Origin: Octopus vulgaris
Taxonomy: Eukaryota
Direction of reading: 5' to 3'
Assembly (NCBI GenBank): GCA_951406725.2
Contig: OX597824.1
Span: 41,788,001 to 41,852,000, forward strand
DNA length: 64,000 nucleotides
This document shows, piece after piece, positions 1 through 13,399 of the stretch; position 1 is the stretch's first letter; the number at the start of each line of letters is the position of its first letter. The translations under genes and the position numbers were made by a program. The notes beneath the pieces are model-generated. The model saw nothing but the letters and a program-made list of their open reading frames with translations. It made no database searches and was not told where the DNA came from.

Positions 1-46
1 TATGAATATACATATATATGTATGCATGTATATATGTACGTATATT

Positions 47-80
<34 letters not shown>

Positions 81-248
81 TGTATGTATGTATTATGTAT
101 GTATGTATATGCATATAATATCAGGAGTGTAAACATACATACATATAGAATACTTTGCATATCCGTATAAATTGATATGCACTTCGAAATTGTTATATAG
201 CCGGTAAATAACATCACTACTACCACTATACCAATCACCATCCTCCTC

Positions 249-335
<87 letters not shown>

Positions 336-338
336 ATG

Positions 339-385
<47 letters not shown>

Positions 386-1031
386 GATAATAATGATAAT
401 AATAATAATACTGCTACTATCACCACTACCATCACCCATCATCACAACTACATCCAATACAATCACTACTTCAGACGTCACACCCCGCTACCGCCAACAC
501 CACTACCTCAACGTAGACCACTCGCTACTCATCCACTACTTAAAGTCATGTCGGATAAAATACGAGAGGACAGCGGGATTAGGGATTAGACAAAATGGAC
601 AGTAGAACAAAATAAAAAGGTTCATATGATATTAAGGTTAAGAGAGAATTTGAAACAGATGAGAGATGAGAGAGATTAAATAATATGTATTGGGTAATTG
701 CAACAGAAGAATCTCTGAAAAATTGGCTGGTTCCCATGGGAATGGTTGAACGGTTATGTGAAGATTGGCAGTTTTATTCATTTGCACGGTAACAAAACAG
801 ACGTTGACATTTTCCATTTGGATGCCAGAACAATATGGAGTTAGAACACTCATTCAAACGCAAATCTGGTGAATTACGAGTTTCCATTGCGATACTAAGA
901 AACTGAGAAGCTGGTATTTTCTTAAACCATTAGCGAGGTTCTGGGATTTCTAAAATCTATTCGAATGCTTGACGGTAGTGGTTGGATTTCCACTTGAATA
1001 ATGAGAGGGAAGTTGTTATTAGGACACACAC

Positions 1032-1160
<129 letters not shown>

Positions 1161-1439
1161 TACACACACACATGCGATTAGGAAATGTCTGTTATGTTTG
1201 GAATCTGCGTTCTGATATGAAGACTTTCATTGGCTTAGAATTTCTTTCCAATAATAAGATTGGAATTGTTTTACATCTGTTTCGTTTGCATTCTAAACAC
1301 CACAATAGGTGAGAGATCTTCATTGAATACAGTGATGTGAACGGGATTGAAAGAAGTTGACGAGGACAACAATGATGATAGTGGTAATGATGCTGATGAT
1401 GAGGATGACGATGATGAGGATGACGATGATGATGATGAT

Positions 1440-1810
1440 CCTTTCTACCATAGGCTCAAGACCTGAAATTTTATGTGGGTAGGAGTAAGACGATTACATT
1501 GACGCCAGTGCTCAAGTGGCACTTATTTTATCGACCCTGAAAATGTGAAAGGCAAAGTCGACCTTAGCGGAGTTTGAACTTAGAACATGGATATGAATGT
1601 AATGATTTTCTACTAAAGCCACAAGGCCTGAAATTTTTGTGGAAGGGGGAAGTAGATCACATCGACATCAGTGCTTGACTGTTACTTAATTTACCGGCCC
1701 CGAAAGGATGAAAGGCTATGTCGACCTCGGCAGAATTTGAGTTTAGAAAGTAAAGACGGACGAAATGACGATGAGCATTTTGCCCGGCGTGCTAACGATT
1801 CTGCAGCTCT
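1440..1810 (-). mobile_element. Two adjacent degenerate copies of SINE family B (tRNA-derived)
   Basis: Reverse complement of the motif 'gagttcaaattccgccgaggtcgactttgcctttcatcctttcggggtcgataaa', as in the intact copy at 31539. Confidence 0.8.
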
Positions 1811-1854
1811 CCATTATACTGCTGCTGCTGCTGTTAAACATGCTCTCGAAGGAA

Positions 1855-2265
1855 AGGTGCAGGAGTGGCTGTGTGGTAAGTAGCTTGCTCACCAACCACA
1901 TGGTTCCGGGTTCAGTCCCACTGCGTGGCACCTTGGGCTAGTGTCTTCTACTATAGCCTCGGGCCGACCAAACCCTTGTGAGTGGATTTGGTAGACGGAA
2001 ACTGAAAGAAGCCCGTCGTATATATATGTATATGTATACATATATATGTGTTTGTTTGTGTGTCTGTGTTTGTCCCCGCCAACATCACTTGACAACCGAT
2101 GTTGGTGTGTTTACGTCCCCGTAACTTAGCGGTTCGGCAAAAGAGCCCGATAGAATAAGTACTAGGCTTACAAAGAATAAGTCCTGGGGTCGATTTCCTC
2201 GACTACACGCGATGCTCCAGCATGGCCACAGTCAAATGACTGAAACAAGTAAAAGAGCAAGTAAA
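1855..2265 (+). mobile_element. Full-length SINE family A (tRNA-like head, internal microsatellite)
   Basis: Head 'ggagtggctgtgtggtaag...gggttcagtccc' with Pol III A/B-box-like motifs; near-identical to 45663-46077; 'aagtaaaagag' tail. Confidence 0.9.
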
Positions 2266-2289
2266 AAAGAGAGCGAAAAGAGAAGGAGG

Positions 2290-2487
2290 AGCTTAAAAGC
2301 GAACAAAAATACAGGACGCTGAAAGGAAGTATAATATTGAACGGAAGGGCCTGAAAGTAGTAGTGGAGGAACTGAAACAGCGCTTCGTTGCAAAGAAAGC
2401 AAAGATGGTAAGATACGACCAAAGAATGAAAGGTTATCACCAGACTAGGTAATTCAGAGTAGGATCAGAAGAGATTCTATAAAGAAT
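2290..2487 (+). mobile_element. R4/Dong-like non-LTR retrotransposon fragment (pre-RT region)
   Basis: Translates KVVVEELKQRFVAKKAKMVRYDQRMKGYHQTR*FRV/DQKRFYKE, typical of the region upstream of RT in RLE-type LINEs. Confidence 0.65.
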
Positions 2488-2615
2488 CGACCCTGAAATG
2501 AGAAAAGGCAAAGTCGACCTTAGCGCAATTTAAGTTTAGAAAGTAAAGACGGATGAAATGAAGCTAAGCATTTTGCATGGAATGCCAACGATTTTGCTGC
2601 TCGCCTTTGTGATAT

Positions 2616-2663
<48 letters not shown>

Positions 2664-2845
2664 AAATAATAATAATAATAATAATAACGATTTCAAATTT
2701 TGGTACAAATTTAGAAAGTTCGGTGGATGGGGTACGTCGATTACATCAACCCCAGTGCTCAACTGATAGCCAGTATATGGACACCGAAGGGATGAAAGGC
2801 AGGGTCGAACTCGGTGATATTGGAATTCAGAACGTAAAGACTGAC
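2488..2845 (-). mobile_element. Two SINE family B fragments flanking (CTA)n/(TAA)n
   Basis: 'aaaggcaaagtcgacct' and 'gatgaaaggcagggtcgaactcgg' motifs. Confidence 0.7.
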
Positions 2846-2974
2846 AAAAATGATTTTCGTAAAGAATTCTTGGTATAGACCAATGTTTGAAGAAAGATTT
2901 TCTTAATCTAAATTAAAAACTATTAATTATATAAAAACAAATGATATGGGCATTTGGGGAGGAACTGCTCGTAT

Positions 2975-3400
2975 TCAGTGTAAGCTCTTTCGCTGTTAAG
3001 AGTTTTTAAACACATATGTTAAAAGGTAATCGGTAAGAGGGAAGTTGTTTTGAGTTGTAGTGTTGACTACATTTGGTTTAGTATTGTATTTAGAATTCAT
3101 ATAAAGTATTTTTCGTCGTTGTTAATTTTCATCTTTTAGTTTGAAAAAAGAAAATGATTCGAATATGCTATATGCACAAATGTCTAGATGTTCACTATAT
3201 GGAATATTCTAAGAGATACATTTTTGTGTTGTTTATGAACTCTAATGCGATTAGAATTTTGATTCCGTTTCGCCGATATAATTTTCATTGCATTGTGAGC
3301 ATGTGATGCAGTTAAATGTGATCTTTCGTTTTTGAATTCATATTTGCATTAATTTTCAGTTCCTTCCAATTCATTAATTTTCGGTTGTTCCCTGTATTTT
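2975..3400 (-). mobile_element. PLE GIY-YIG endonuclease remnant and 3' region
   Basis: Minus strand reads INANMN...CITCSQCNENYIGET...RIRVHKQH...SEHLDICA with frameshifts. Confidence 0.8.
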
Positions 3401-3654
3401 ATCCCTTATCGTTCACTTGGTTTACTCAAATAAACCAGAGCCCTCAAATACGTATTTTTGAAGTCCCGTAGTTACTCTATCGGGCTCATTTGCTGAATCA
3501 CTAAGTTGTGTGGATGTAAACAGACCAACACCGGTTTTCAAGCAATAGGGGACAGAGATAAAGAAAGCCACTCATATACGCGCACGCACACACATACACA
3601 TACGCACACACGCACACACAGCCACACACACACACACACACACATATATATAAA

Positions 3655-3940
3655 TTAATAATAATAATATTAGGGAGTAAATCCAAACTTACAGGGAAAA
3701 ATAAGATTTAGGATTAAATCTAATTTTATAGTATAAATATATATATATATATATATTATATTAAATTAGAGATAAAACCACTATTAAGCAAATCAAACAG
3801 TGAAAATCATAAACCAATACATAGAAATAAAATTAATTAATAAAAAATATATAAAATATAAAATTCAAAATTTAAAATCTTTAACTTAAAGTTAAAATTA
3901 AAAATATTATTTAAATTAATAATTTATACTTATAAATTTT

Positions 3941-3976
<36 letters not shown>

Positions 3977-4283
3977 ATTATTATTTAATTAATTAATTAA
4001 TTAATTAATTTTTTTATTTTTTTAATATAACTATCAAAAAGTATTAAAAGTTTAATATAAGATAAAGAGTAAAACCACTACGATCGTTTTATGCCCATTA
4101 ACCAATTCGAATAACAATAATTTAAATTCAATTAATAATTCGAATTATGGTTATAGTCAATCTTCAGGTTAATTGTAATATTTAAATAAATAATCAGAAA
4201 TATTTAAACAAAGTTTTAAAGAAAGAAAAAAATAATTTTTCTTATAAAATTTGCCTAATAGTGGTTTTATCTCTAATTTAATA
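3655..4283. mobile_element. PLE pseudo-LTR remnant with inverted ends, inside the SINE microsatellite
   Basis: 3761-3792 'ttaaattagagataaaaccactattaagcaaa' is the near reverse complement of 4250-4283; contains an HHR motif. Confidence 0.65.
4073..4170 (-). ncRNA. Degenerate type I hammerhead motif with long helix II
   Basis: Minus: CTGAAGA, long stem (aaccataattcgaat...attcgaattggtt), AAAA replacing GAAA, CGATCG palindrome, TA. Confidence 0.55.
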
Positions 4284-4292
4284 ACACACACA

Positions 4293-4344
<52 letters not shown>

Positions 4345-4502
4345 TACTATCAGGTGTCTCTCAGTTTCTGCGTATCAAATCCACTCATAAAGGTTTGGTC
4401 AACCTGGGCTATAGTAGAAAGTACTGTGCCATGCAGTGGAACTGAACCTGAAACATATAGTTGGGAAGTAAACTTCTGACACATAGACATGCGTGTACCT
4501 AG

Positions 4503-4800
4503 TCAATAATTTCACACACCCCATAACATAGGATTCCGGTGTTTGTTACATGCATTATTTCTTCTGATGTGAATTCCGCTTCTGTTAAGAGTTTTTTCAG
4601 ATATGGTGATTGACATCGGCTTTTGATAATTTGTGATACTTTAATTATTTTTCTGAGATTTTTTGAAGTGGAGCACATTGTTTAACCTGATTTAAAATGT
4701 TTGACTGCAAATGGAAACAGGATCTGTTTTTTCTTGGTTTGCAAAGTTTTTCGGGTATTTTTGTTACTGAACGAGCATATATAATTCTACCAGTCGCACC
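4503..4800 (-). mobile_element. PLE linker region between RT and endonuclease
   Basis: Minus strand IIKSRCQSPYLKKLLTEAEFTSEE...CYGVCE resembles the PLE motif IKSxRQPxNLKxLLTxAxF...CxxC; it continues at about 3400. Confidence 0.7.
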
Positions 4801-5195
4801 TTTGGCCTATTTTTGTCCGTAACAATTGAGCATGAGACCAAAATTTGGAACGAGTACTATAAAAAATTCTAAATGATCAACTGATGATCGTTAGTTTGCT
4901 GATGTCTTGGTACTATTGTATGTTTTCGAGGACAGAAATGAACAAAGTTTACCTGTAAGGAAATCGAACTCAGAATGGAGATTATCGAAACTAAATGCGG
5001 TATTCGCCGGGCAGCGGCTTGTGACACTGCGCTGACCTCTGCGTAAGTCAATACAAAATAATAAACATCCGTTAATTATAAGCTTATTTATTTCCCAAGG
5101 TCATGGGCAGTGGAAACGGCTACATCTAAGAATAAAAATCTGATCGCAGACACGTTTCTAAAGAGTTTGCTGAGTTGTGTTCGGCGATCGCAATC

Positions 5196-5231
<36 letters not shown>

Positions 5232-6450
5232 GCGCACACACAAACTTTCACACACACGCACATAAACATTTATACGCACACACAGACACATACATACACA
5301 CACAGATATATTATATTGACACAAGCACATGTGAAAGAAAAAGACATGAAACCGCGTATTTGAATACATACATTAACTGCATTACCGCCTGAATTATACG
5401 AGAACATAAATGTAATACGCAAATGACACACAGACAGACATACACACACACACTAGCTCACACGCGCACAGACACACATACATATAGTGGATTCTCACAC
5501 ACATTCATATCTACATACATGCGTACGAATATAGCTTTTTACGTACAGATAAACATTGGAGCATGGACATATGTATACACACACGCACGTGTATTCACAG
5601 TTTTAGGCACGTGACGGCTTAATTTTTACGTTTCTCACAGAAATACCAGCGTTAAGTAAGTAAGCCTTGCTTGAAATACGAATGCATTCATTTTCAGCCA
5701 TTAAAATTGCAACCCACACCATCTCGCCCCTCATCTCCAACACCAAACTCCGCTTCTTCTTACCCCCGTCTTCACCAACTACAACATCATCACTACGACC
5801 ATCACCACAACAATCACCAGAATAGTTTTCAATGGTACTGGAAATATAGAGCATTCATGCATCATTACAGTTGTTTTGAAATACATATTTTTGTCCAATG
5901 TTGTAAAAATATATAAATAGAGAAACGAAAGAGAATTATAAGAATGAAACACCCACCAAAACACACACGCACAGATAAATCATAAACATTAATAAGTTTG
6001 TCAATGACACACACCGTCGGAAAAGCCAAAGAAAAACAGAGCGAAGAATACTAACTCAATTAGAAAAGTAGTTTTTCTTAGACAAAAACCAATCGGGGTC
6101 GTGGAAGTTCATAGCCTCGGCCTTCAGGTTGAATGCGAGGTCATGGTTTGGATATCTTGTCGAGAAAAATACATACGTTTTAATGGATGGAACGGAAACA
6201 ATAAAAGATAAAGATAAAAAACGTGTTAGTTGTTTGCATCGGTGCCCGCCTCCACACACATACCCCTAAACGCATCACCCCCACACGCATCCCTCCACAC
6301 GCATCCCCCACGCATACCCCCATACACATCCACCCAAGGACACCCACTCCCCCACGCACCTCCCACACGAATACATACATACATACAAACATACAAACAT
6401 ACACACATACATACATACATCAATGCATACATAAATATGTATACATACAC

Positions 6451-6630
6451 AAAGGCGGCGAGTCTTTTTTTCGGCTTTACATTTTGAGTTCAAATTCCTT
6501 CGGGGTCAATTATTTTTGTTTCTTCACCTTAACGGGGCAGATAAAATAAGAATCAGTTTAGCACTGTTGCCGATATCATTGAGAAACCCCTTTCCCCCAA
6601 AAAATTCAGATCTTCTGCCTATAACAGAAA
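6451..6630 (+). mobile_element. SINE family B, degenerate
   Basis: 'aaggcggcgag...gagttcaaattcc...' head and 'ataacagaaagaat' tail. Confidence 0.7.
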
Positions 6631-6672
<42 letters not shown>

Positions 6673-6674
<2 letters not shown>

Positions 6675-7049
6675 GTTTATATATTTGTTGTGCAAGATTT
6701 TTTATGTGAAGTCGTGTGTTGAAACAGATATTATTATATATCGGAATGGTCATTTTGCCAGTTTAGCCAATAAAAACACACGCACTATATATTTGGTGTT
6801 ACTTTGCTTCAGTGTTATTTATTTTTTACATTAATCTTAATCTGACGGTTAGTAAGGAGAGACACAAATAAGAAAGAAGAAAACAAAGGACCACTGATGC
6901 GTTCACAGGAGTGTGACGAAAGAACTCTGGCCGAAATAAGATTAAGATTAATGTAGAAAATAAATAACACTGAAGCAAAGTAACACCAAATATATAGTGC
7001 GTGTGTTTTTATTGGCTAAACTGGCAAAATGACCATTCCGAAATATAAC
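6673..7049. mobile_element. PLE-type pseudo-LTR with about 105 bp inverted arms, inserted in (TA)n
   Basis: 6735-6841 is the reverse complement of 6941-7049; HHR in the spacer; ORF start MTIPIYNNICFNTRLHIKNLAQQ on minus from 6753. Confidence 0.8.
6888..6932 (+). ncRNA. Type I hammerhead motif (C3-G8), slightly mutated
   Basis: cca CTGATGC G TTCACA ggag TGTGAC GAA AGAACT C tgg. Confidence 0.7.
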
Positions 7050-7129
<80 letters not shown>

Positions 7130-7208
7130 GTTGTGTGTATGTATGTATGTATGAATATATATATATATATATAAGATATATATATATATGTATGTATGTA
7201 TGTATGTG

Positions 7209-7265
<57 letters not shown>

Positions 7266-7508
7266 TATAAGTTAGAGATATTAAAACCATCTAAGGGATA
7301 GATGTATCCAGATGCACTCCTGGTAATTACCTCAGTATGTATGGTCCTTGTTATAAGGTATACGGTAGTAGGTAATTTAAAAGGTAAACCATAGTTTAAT
7401 GTATATAAAGACGATAAGAAAATGGAGAAATAAATAACAATGAGAAGTGGATCTTTGGTGTTATAAAGCCATTATTTAATTAATTAAGATACGAGTAAGT
7501 TAGAGTAA

Positions 7509-7585
7509 GTTTACTGCTGCTTCCGTATATCAGGCTGGAGTAAATATGTATTCACCTCGTTGCAATTGATAGACATCATCAGAAG
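7509..7585 (-). ncRNA. Hammerhead motif, mutated copy
   Basis: Minus: CTGATGA...GGAAG CAGCAG TA aac; inverted twin of 9481-9557. Confidence 0.65.
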
Positions 7586-9480
7586 GAAAAAGGCAAAGAT
7601 AAATAGAAAGAGAATAGAGAGAAAGAAAGTGTAAGGAAAAAACAGGAAAAAGAAAATGTTCAATAATTCGATAGTCTTATATTTTTGTTAGGTTCAAAGT
7701 TCAATAAATCAGTTGTAGGATAGATGGGAAGTGAGTTAGTTGAATCTGAATAATTAGTTATTAACATAGCTTATACGTGTCCGTAGGTTCGGTTAGTTGA
7801 CCGCCAGTGTAGTCTCAGGGAGTTATCGCTATTGAGGATATTCGGTGTAGTTCTATGGACGTATGTGGCATTAATTTATATGTTGTAAGTTAGTTCGTAT
7901 ATTTTCAATGGAAGTCGTAATATAAGGGTAAAGTTTACCTCTAGAATCTGTACGATATAGAGTGTAAATGGACTATGTACCAGAATATTGTTTAGGTTTG
8001 AAGAGTGCATAGAAAAATGATAAGATCGAAAGGGGAAATTTATCGCGTGTAAAAAGATTTGGTAGTTTAGCTCTCAACATAAATTAAATCATAGGAAAAT
8101 AGTAAGCTAGCGTAGTATGTAGAGTAACTATAAAGTTCAGTAATTAATTTATAATGTGGGTTGGAGTTATGTAGGCTAATTAGTATGTAGGAAGGTTAAA
8201 GGGGGTAAAACGAGATTAAGTGTGTTCGCTAATAACATCTAAAATAAGGGATAGCGGTATAAGGATAAAGTGGGTTTATCGATACTTTGAGAATACGTAT
8301 AGCCTTTATGCAAACAAAAAATATTATTTTCATGTCTCCTATTAAGTAGAAGTAATTTGGCCATTAAAATAGTTTTTCGTTTATACAGAGCTCACTGCGC
8401 TTATTGCTAATGCTATCCTTGTAGTTTTTCTTGTTCTATATTTTGGAGAACCAGTTTAAGGCTTCATTTAGATCATAGTTCTAGGGCTATCATATTCTTT
8501 ATTTTAGGTATATATTTATCTAATATTAGTTTACTTAATTTACATAGATCTGAGTTATTGAGGCATTTTAATCTAACTTTCGTATCTGTTAAGAAATTTG
8601 GTTTATGGTCCTTTATTGTTATGCGGGGCCTAGAAGGTACGAAAGGTTCGGTTTTCTCCTGTATATTGTAGTTTGTCATAATGTTCTTGGTTGCTAAGTT
8701 CATAGATCTTAAAGTGTTATTGGGTGCTATTTTGTATTTTTTTTTTTTTGTAATTTCTTTATGCAACAGCTAGTAGTATAAATTAATATCCAAAATGTAT
8801 GAATTACTGGCTTTATCAGAGTGTACAATAATTTCCTTTTGCAATTTCAGTTTATATAGTAGATCTTTTAGGTTTTTTGGTAGATGCTATTCCTTAGAGG
8901 GTGTCATTTTAATTGTATTTTCTTAATAGTATCCTATATTTCGTTTTCAAAGTCGTCCAAGTGGCTGTTTCGTGGGGGTGTTTTCCTAGTTTTGAAAACG
9001 CCTTTGGTAACGTCATTGCTGCTATGGTGGTACGCCGTCTCTGCTTGGTTGTTTTTATCATGAAATAAGGCTTTCTGTCGCAAGCGGTGGGTGAAGTCGG
9101 TTAATTTGTTAGATACTTCTTTTAGATATACATTCTTATGTGGAATCGGTGTATCTTTTAAAGATGCTTCTATTGTTATTTGCTCTATTTACCAAGTATG
9201 TGCCTGCTTTATGCCTGGCTAAGACTTCTTAGTCAGAAATAAATATGTTATGTAAGATATAAGTTAGAGGTATTAAAACCATCTAAGGGATAGATGTATC
9301 CAGAGGCACTCCTGGTAATTACCTCAGTATCTATGGTCCTTGTTATAAGGTATACGGTAGCAGGTAATTTGAACCTAACTAAAATGTAAGACAATCGAAT
9401 TATTGAACATTTTCTTTTTCCTGCTTTTTCCTTACACTTTCTTTCTCTCTATTCTCTTTTTATTTATCTTTGCCTTTTTC

Positions 9481-9557
9481 GTTCTGATGATGTCTATCAA
9501 TTGCAACGAGATGAATGCATATTTATCTCAGCCTGATATACGGAAACAGCTGTAAAC
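9481..9557 (+). ncRNA. Type I hammerhead ribozyme with extended helix II
   Basis: gtt CTGATGA tgtctatca...tgatatacg GAA ACAGCTGT A aac; palindromic helix III; GUA cleavage triplet. Confidence 0.85.
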
Positions 9558-9797
9558 TTGCTCTAACTTACTTTCATCTTAATTAATTAAATAATGGCTT
9601 TATAACATCAAAGATCCACTTCTCATTGTTGTTTATTTCTCCACTTTCTTATCGTCTCGTCTCTCTCTCTCTCTCTCTCGATATATATATATATATATAT
9701 ATATGGTAAATAAGAAAATGGAGGGGATAATCAATCGATAAAAATCAGCCTTTAGACATTCATAGCTGATAGACAGATAAGCAAATTATCTGATAAG

Positions 9798-9876
<79 letters not shown>

Positions 9877-10329
9877 AGCGATGGATCCTCCCTAACTTTT
9901 GACGATGAATAGTCAATTGTTCTGCCAACAAAACATCCGACTCAAAACTAATGTGTATGCACTGAGTATCTGCAGCTACATGTATTTGTAATGTAATTCT
10001 CAAACCAAATCCGTGGGCTATTGTGATAACACTGGAATTTTGAAATACCGGCACGTTCAGTCCGACGGGCCTCCATATAATCTCCATTCGCCCAGTTTCA
10101 TTCACAAAGTTTGTAGTGACACGAGGCTGTGGTAAAGACGATCCGAAGATAACACGCAGTGGGATCCAACACAACACCACATGACAACAAAAGGAACTTC
10201 TTAATTACTAAGTCATGACTGTGTCTACACATATTCCTTAGTTTATACAAATATAAATACATGCATGTATAAACGCATAGTTAGATAAATACATTCATAT
10301 GTTGGCATTCATTAATTATTCACTTTGAG

Positions 10330-10560
10330 CAATTATTGATGTCTTTGTCACACATTGTGATCTAACGTTTGCGTTGTACGGGTAGCTCAGTCTCTCGATT
10401 AAGTCGACATCGCCTCTACTGATGCTCGATGTGCTGCTATACGTCAGATGTCGAAGTGATCGCCGAGCAACATAAAACAATGTGTTTTTCTCAAGAACGC
10501 AACGTACTGCCCGGTACGAGAATCGAAACCACGATCTTGCGATCACGAGTGCAATACCTC
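10330..10560 (-). mobile_element. Degenerate tRNA-derived SINE, distinct family
   Basis: Minus head 'gtattgcactcgtgatcgcaagatcgtggtttcgattctcgtaccgggc' with a B-box-like motif. Confidence 0.6.
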
Positions 10561-10722
10561 AGGTTATCGCCCTCGTACACGTGAGAAAGGGAGAGCAGCG
10601 TATCTAGTAATGAACCTATTCAGTCATTATAGTAGTAGTATTAGTAGTAATAGACTGGCCCCCTCCCACCAAATTTCGGATCTTGTGCCTAGAGCAGAAA
10701 AGTATTATTATTATTATTATTT

Positions 10723-10781
<59 letters not shown>

Positions 10782-10782
10782 C

Positions 10783-10825
<43 letters not shown>

Positions 10826-10826
<1 letters not shown>

Positions 10827-10901
10827 CCTTCCTACTAAAGGCACAAGGCCTCAAATTTTGGTACTTAATTCATTAACTCCAAAAAGATGAAAGGCAAAGT
10901 C

Positions 10902-10970
<69 letters not shown>

Positions 10971-11180
10971 CCAGTCTGTTATAGGAACAAGGCCTGAAAT
11001 TTGGCGGAGGTGGGGTAGTCGATTGCCACGACCCCAGTACTCAACTGGTACTTAATTTATCGACCCCGAAAGGATGAAAGGCAAAGTCGACCTCGGCAGA
11101 GTTTGAACTCAATTTGAGCGACTGGAAAAATACTGCTAAGCACTTCGTCTAGCGTGCTAACAATTCTGTCAGCTCGCTGC
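10826..11180 (-). mobile_element. SINE family B copies between (TAG)n/(TAA)n tracts
   Basis: 'atcgaccccgaaaggatgaaaggcaaagtcgacctcggc'. Confidence 0.8.
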
Positions 11181-11204
11181 TCTAACTACAAAAATAATAA
11201 TAAT

Positions 11205-11620
11205 CTTTTACTTGTTTCAGTTATCCCACTGTGGCCATGCTGGGGCACCACTTTGAAAAAAATTTAGTCAAACGAATCAACCCCAGTCCTTATTTTAATT
11301 TTAATGCCTGGTACTTATTCTATCGGTCTATTTTTGCCTAACTGCTAAGCTACAGTGACGTAAATACACCAACACCGTTTGCCAAGCAGAAGTAGGAGAC
11401 AAACAGAGACACAAAGATACGCATACAAACCATGTATATATATATATATATATACGCATGACAGGTTTTTTTCAGTTTTCGTTTACCAGGTCCACTCACA
11501 AGGCTTTGGTCGGCCCTAGGTTATAGCAGAAGACACTTGCCCAAGGTGTCAGACACACAGTGGGATTGAACCCGGAAACGTGTGATTGGGAATCAAACGT
11601 CGTACCACAAAGCCACACCA
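11205..11620 (-). mobile_element. SINE family A
   Basis: Reverse complement of the 1855-2265 type sequence. Confidence 0.8.
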
Positions 11621-12076
11621 AAATGAAAACATATATAATATAGCTAAACTGTGTAACTTCGTATACGTACCTTTGCAAGCTTATCTGTTTGTCCATTTGA
11701 CAGATCAAGAGTGACGGGAGCAAAAGAAATAGAGTGTGTAAGCAAGAGAGAAAGAGAGGGGCACAGAGATAGATAGACAGATAAAGAGAGAGAGAGAGAG
11801 AGAGGGAGAGAAGGAGAGAGAGAGAGAGAGAGAAGGGAAATATGAGTAAGTGATTTCCCTGAATCAGAATGATTCATCTCAAGATCGAAGTAATAGATAT
11901 AGTGTTACGTTATTTCTACTTCTAATGAGGTATGTATATGTCTCACAGTCACGTATTCACTCCCCATCTTTCCTCCCTCTCTCTTTCTCTCACACCCGAG
12001 CACACATACGCACGCACACACATACACATATATATATTAATATATACACAACAATATATATATATACATATATATG

Positions 12077-12115
<39 letters not shown>

Positions 12116-12145
12116 TCACATACACACACACACACATATATATAT

Positions 12146-12238
12146 ATGACCAGGAGTCGAATTCTGCTCCCACACATGGCCTTCCAGCAGCAATCCTCTC
12201 CTGCCAGGTATTGACCACAGCCTCAGGTTCACAGCTAC
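12146..12238 (-). repeat. Inverted copy of 13691-13782 (RTE-like fragment)
   Basis: Reverse complement 'tgtgaacctgaggctgtggtcaat...ctggaaggccatgtgtgg...ctggtcat' matches 13691-13782. Confidence 0.8.
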
Positions 12239-13210
12239 CTGAATTGATGTTAATCACAGTATTTAGTCATATATTCACACCTACCATCTCTTCTTCCTAC
12301 TCTCACCCACACGCGCACAATCTCAAAACGCACAATCTCAAACACGCACGCACACATACACACACATATATATGTACATATTTAGCCCCTTGTGGGTAGT
12401 AAAGAAATATATATATGTACATATATATATACATATATATGTACATGCATATATATATACCTGTATATATATATATAAGTGTGTGTGTATAAGTATTTAT
12501 GTATATACACACACACACACATATATACATACATCAGACACACATCTACACACAACACAACCACACACACAAACACACACATATCCATTTCCCCACAATA
12601 CCCATTATTAAGCGACACTAAAATGATTTCTGCCTACCTTTCATTTGAGAATGACGTCATTATGTCCACCACCGATTGTCTATATTATAGCCCCTCCCCC
12701 TCTTTACGTACACACACACATATTCCTACTATCTTGCACCTACACATACGAAGGCACACGCGCATATGCGCGTAGGTGTACTTTCATTTATGAATATGAT
12801 TCACGCTTAATGTCATACGCACATGCACATACATCATATAAGCACATGCACACCTTTTTATACACCTCAGTACTAATCTTGGCCGCACGCTCACACACTA
12901 ATCTTGCACGCACTCTTCTTGCTCACACGCGCACACATACCTGCACGCTCGCGCGCGTGCACACTCAGGCCCACACATTCATACACAGGTTACATTGTTT
13001 ACAGACATTGTAGTAAGACACACATACACACTCACATACACATCATATATACCTATACACACTTATGCACCTATATATATATATATATATATGAATACCT
13101 ATAGTTCCCTCATAGCTCCATAGGCGCATGCTTGTACATGCTGAAATGCACATTCCTGCATACATAGAATATATATATACATACATACATAGATACATAC
13201 ATACATACAT

Positions 13211-13291
<81 letters not shown>

Positions 13292-13399
13292 AGCGCTCAA
13301 ATAATCATAGGTAGATTCTTGGATGTAAACATGGATATGTGTGTGTGCATACAGGGTGTTCGGGTTAAATGTATATCTCCTTTTTCCAGGATCAGTTTG

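Larger units (their letters stand above)
3400..4500 (-). mobile_element. Degenerate SINE family A, split by a nested PLE remnant
   Basis: SINE 3' half at about 3400-3570 and head at about 4355-4500 ('aaatccactca...gccatgcagtggaactgaacc'). Confidence 0.7.
7261..9658 (-). mobile_element. Penelope-like element, internally deleted, with direct and inverted pseudo-LTRs
   Basis: RT motif RITIKDHKPNFLTDTKVRL...SKLILDK (ORF 8473-8766). Direct repeat 7263-7378/9255-9370; inverted repeat about 7410-7695/9368-9657; microsatellite flanks. Confidence 0.9.

Noticed and set aside
1855-1930. tRNA genes suggested by A/B-box heads
   Set aside because: Heads run into SINE bodies and recur many times; no acceptor stem or terminator
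2975-3050. HHR downstream of the GIY-YIG remnant (GAAA GAGCT TA on minus)
   Set aside because: 5' core too degenerate (ccgatta) to call
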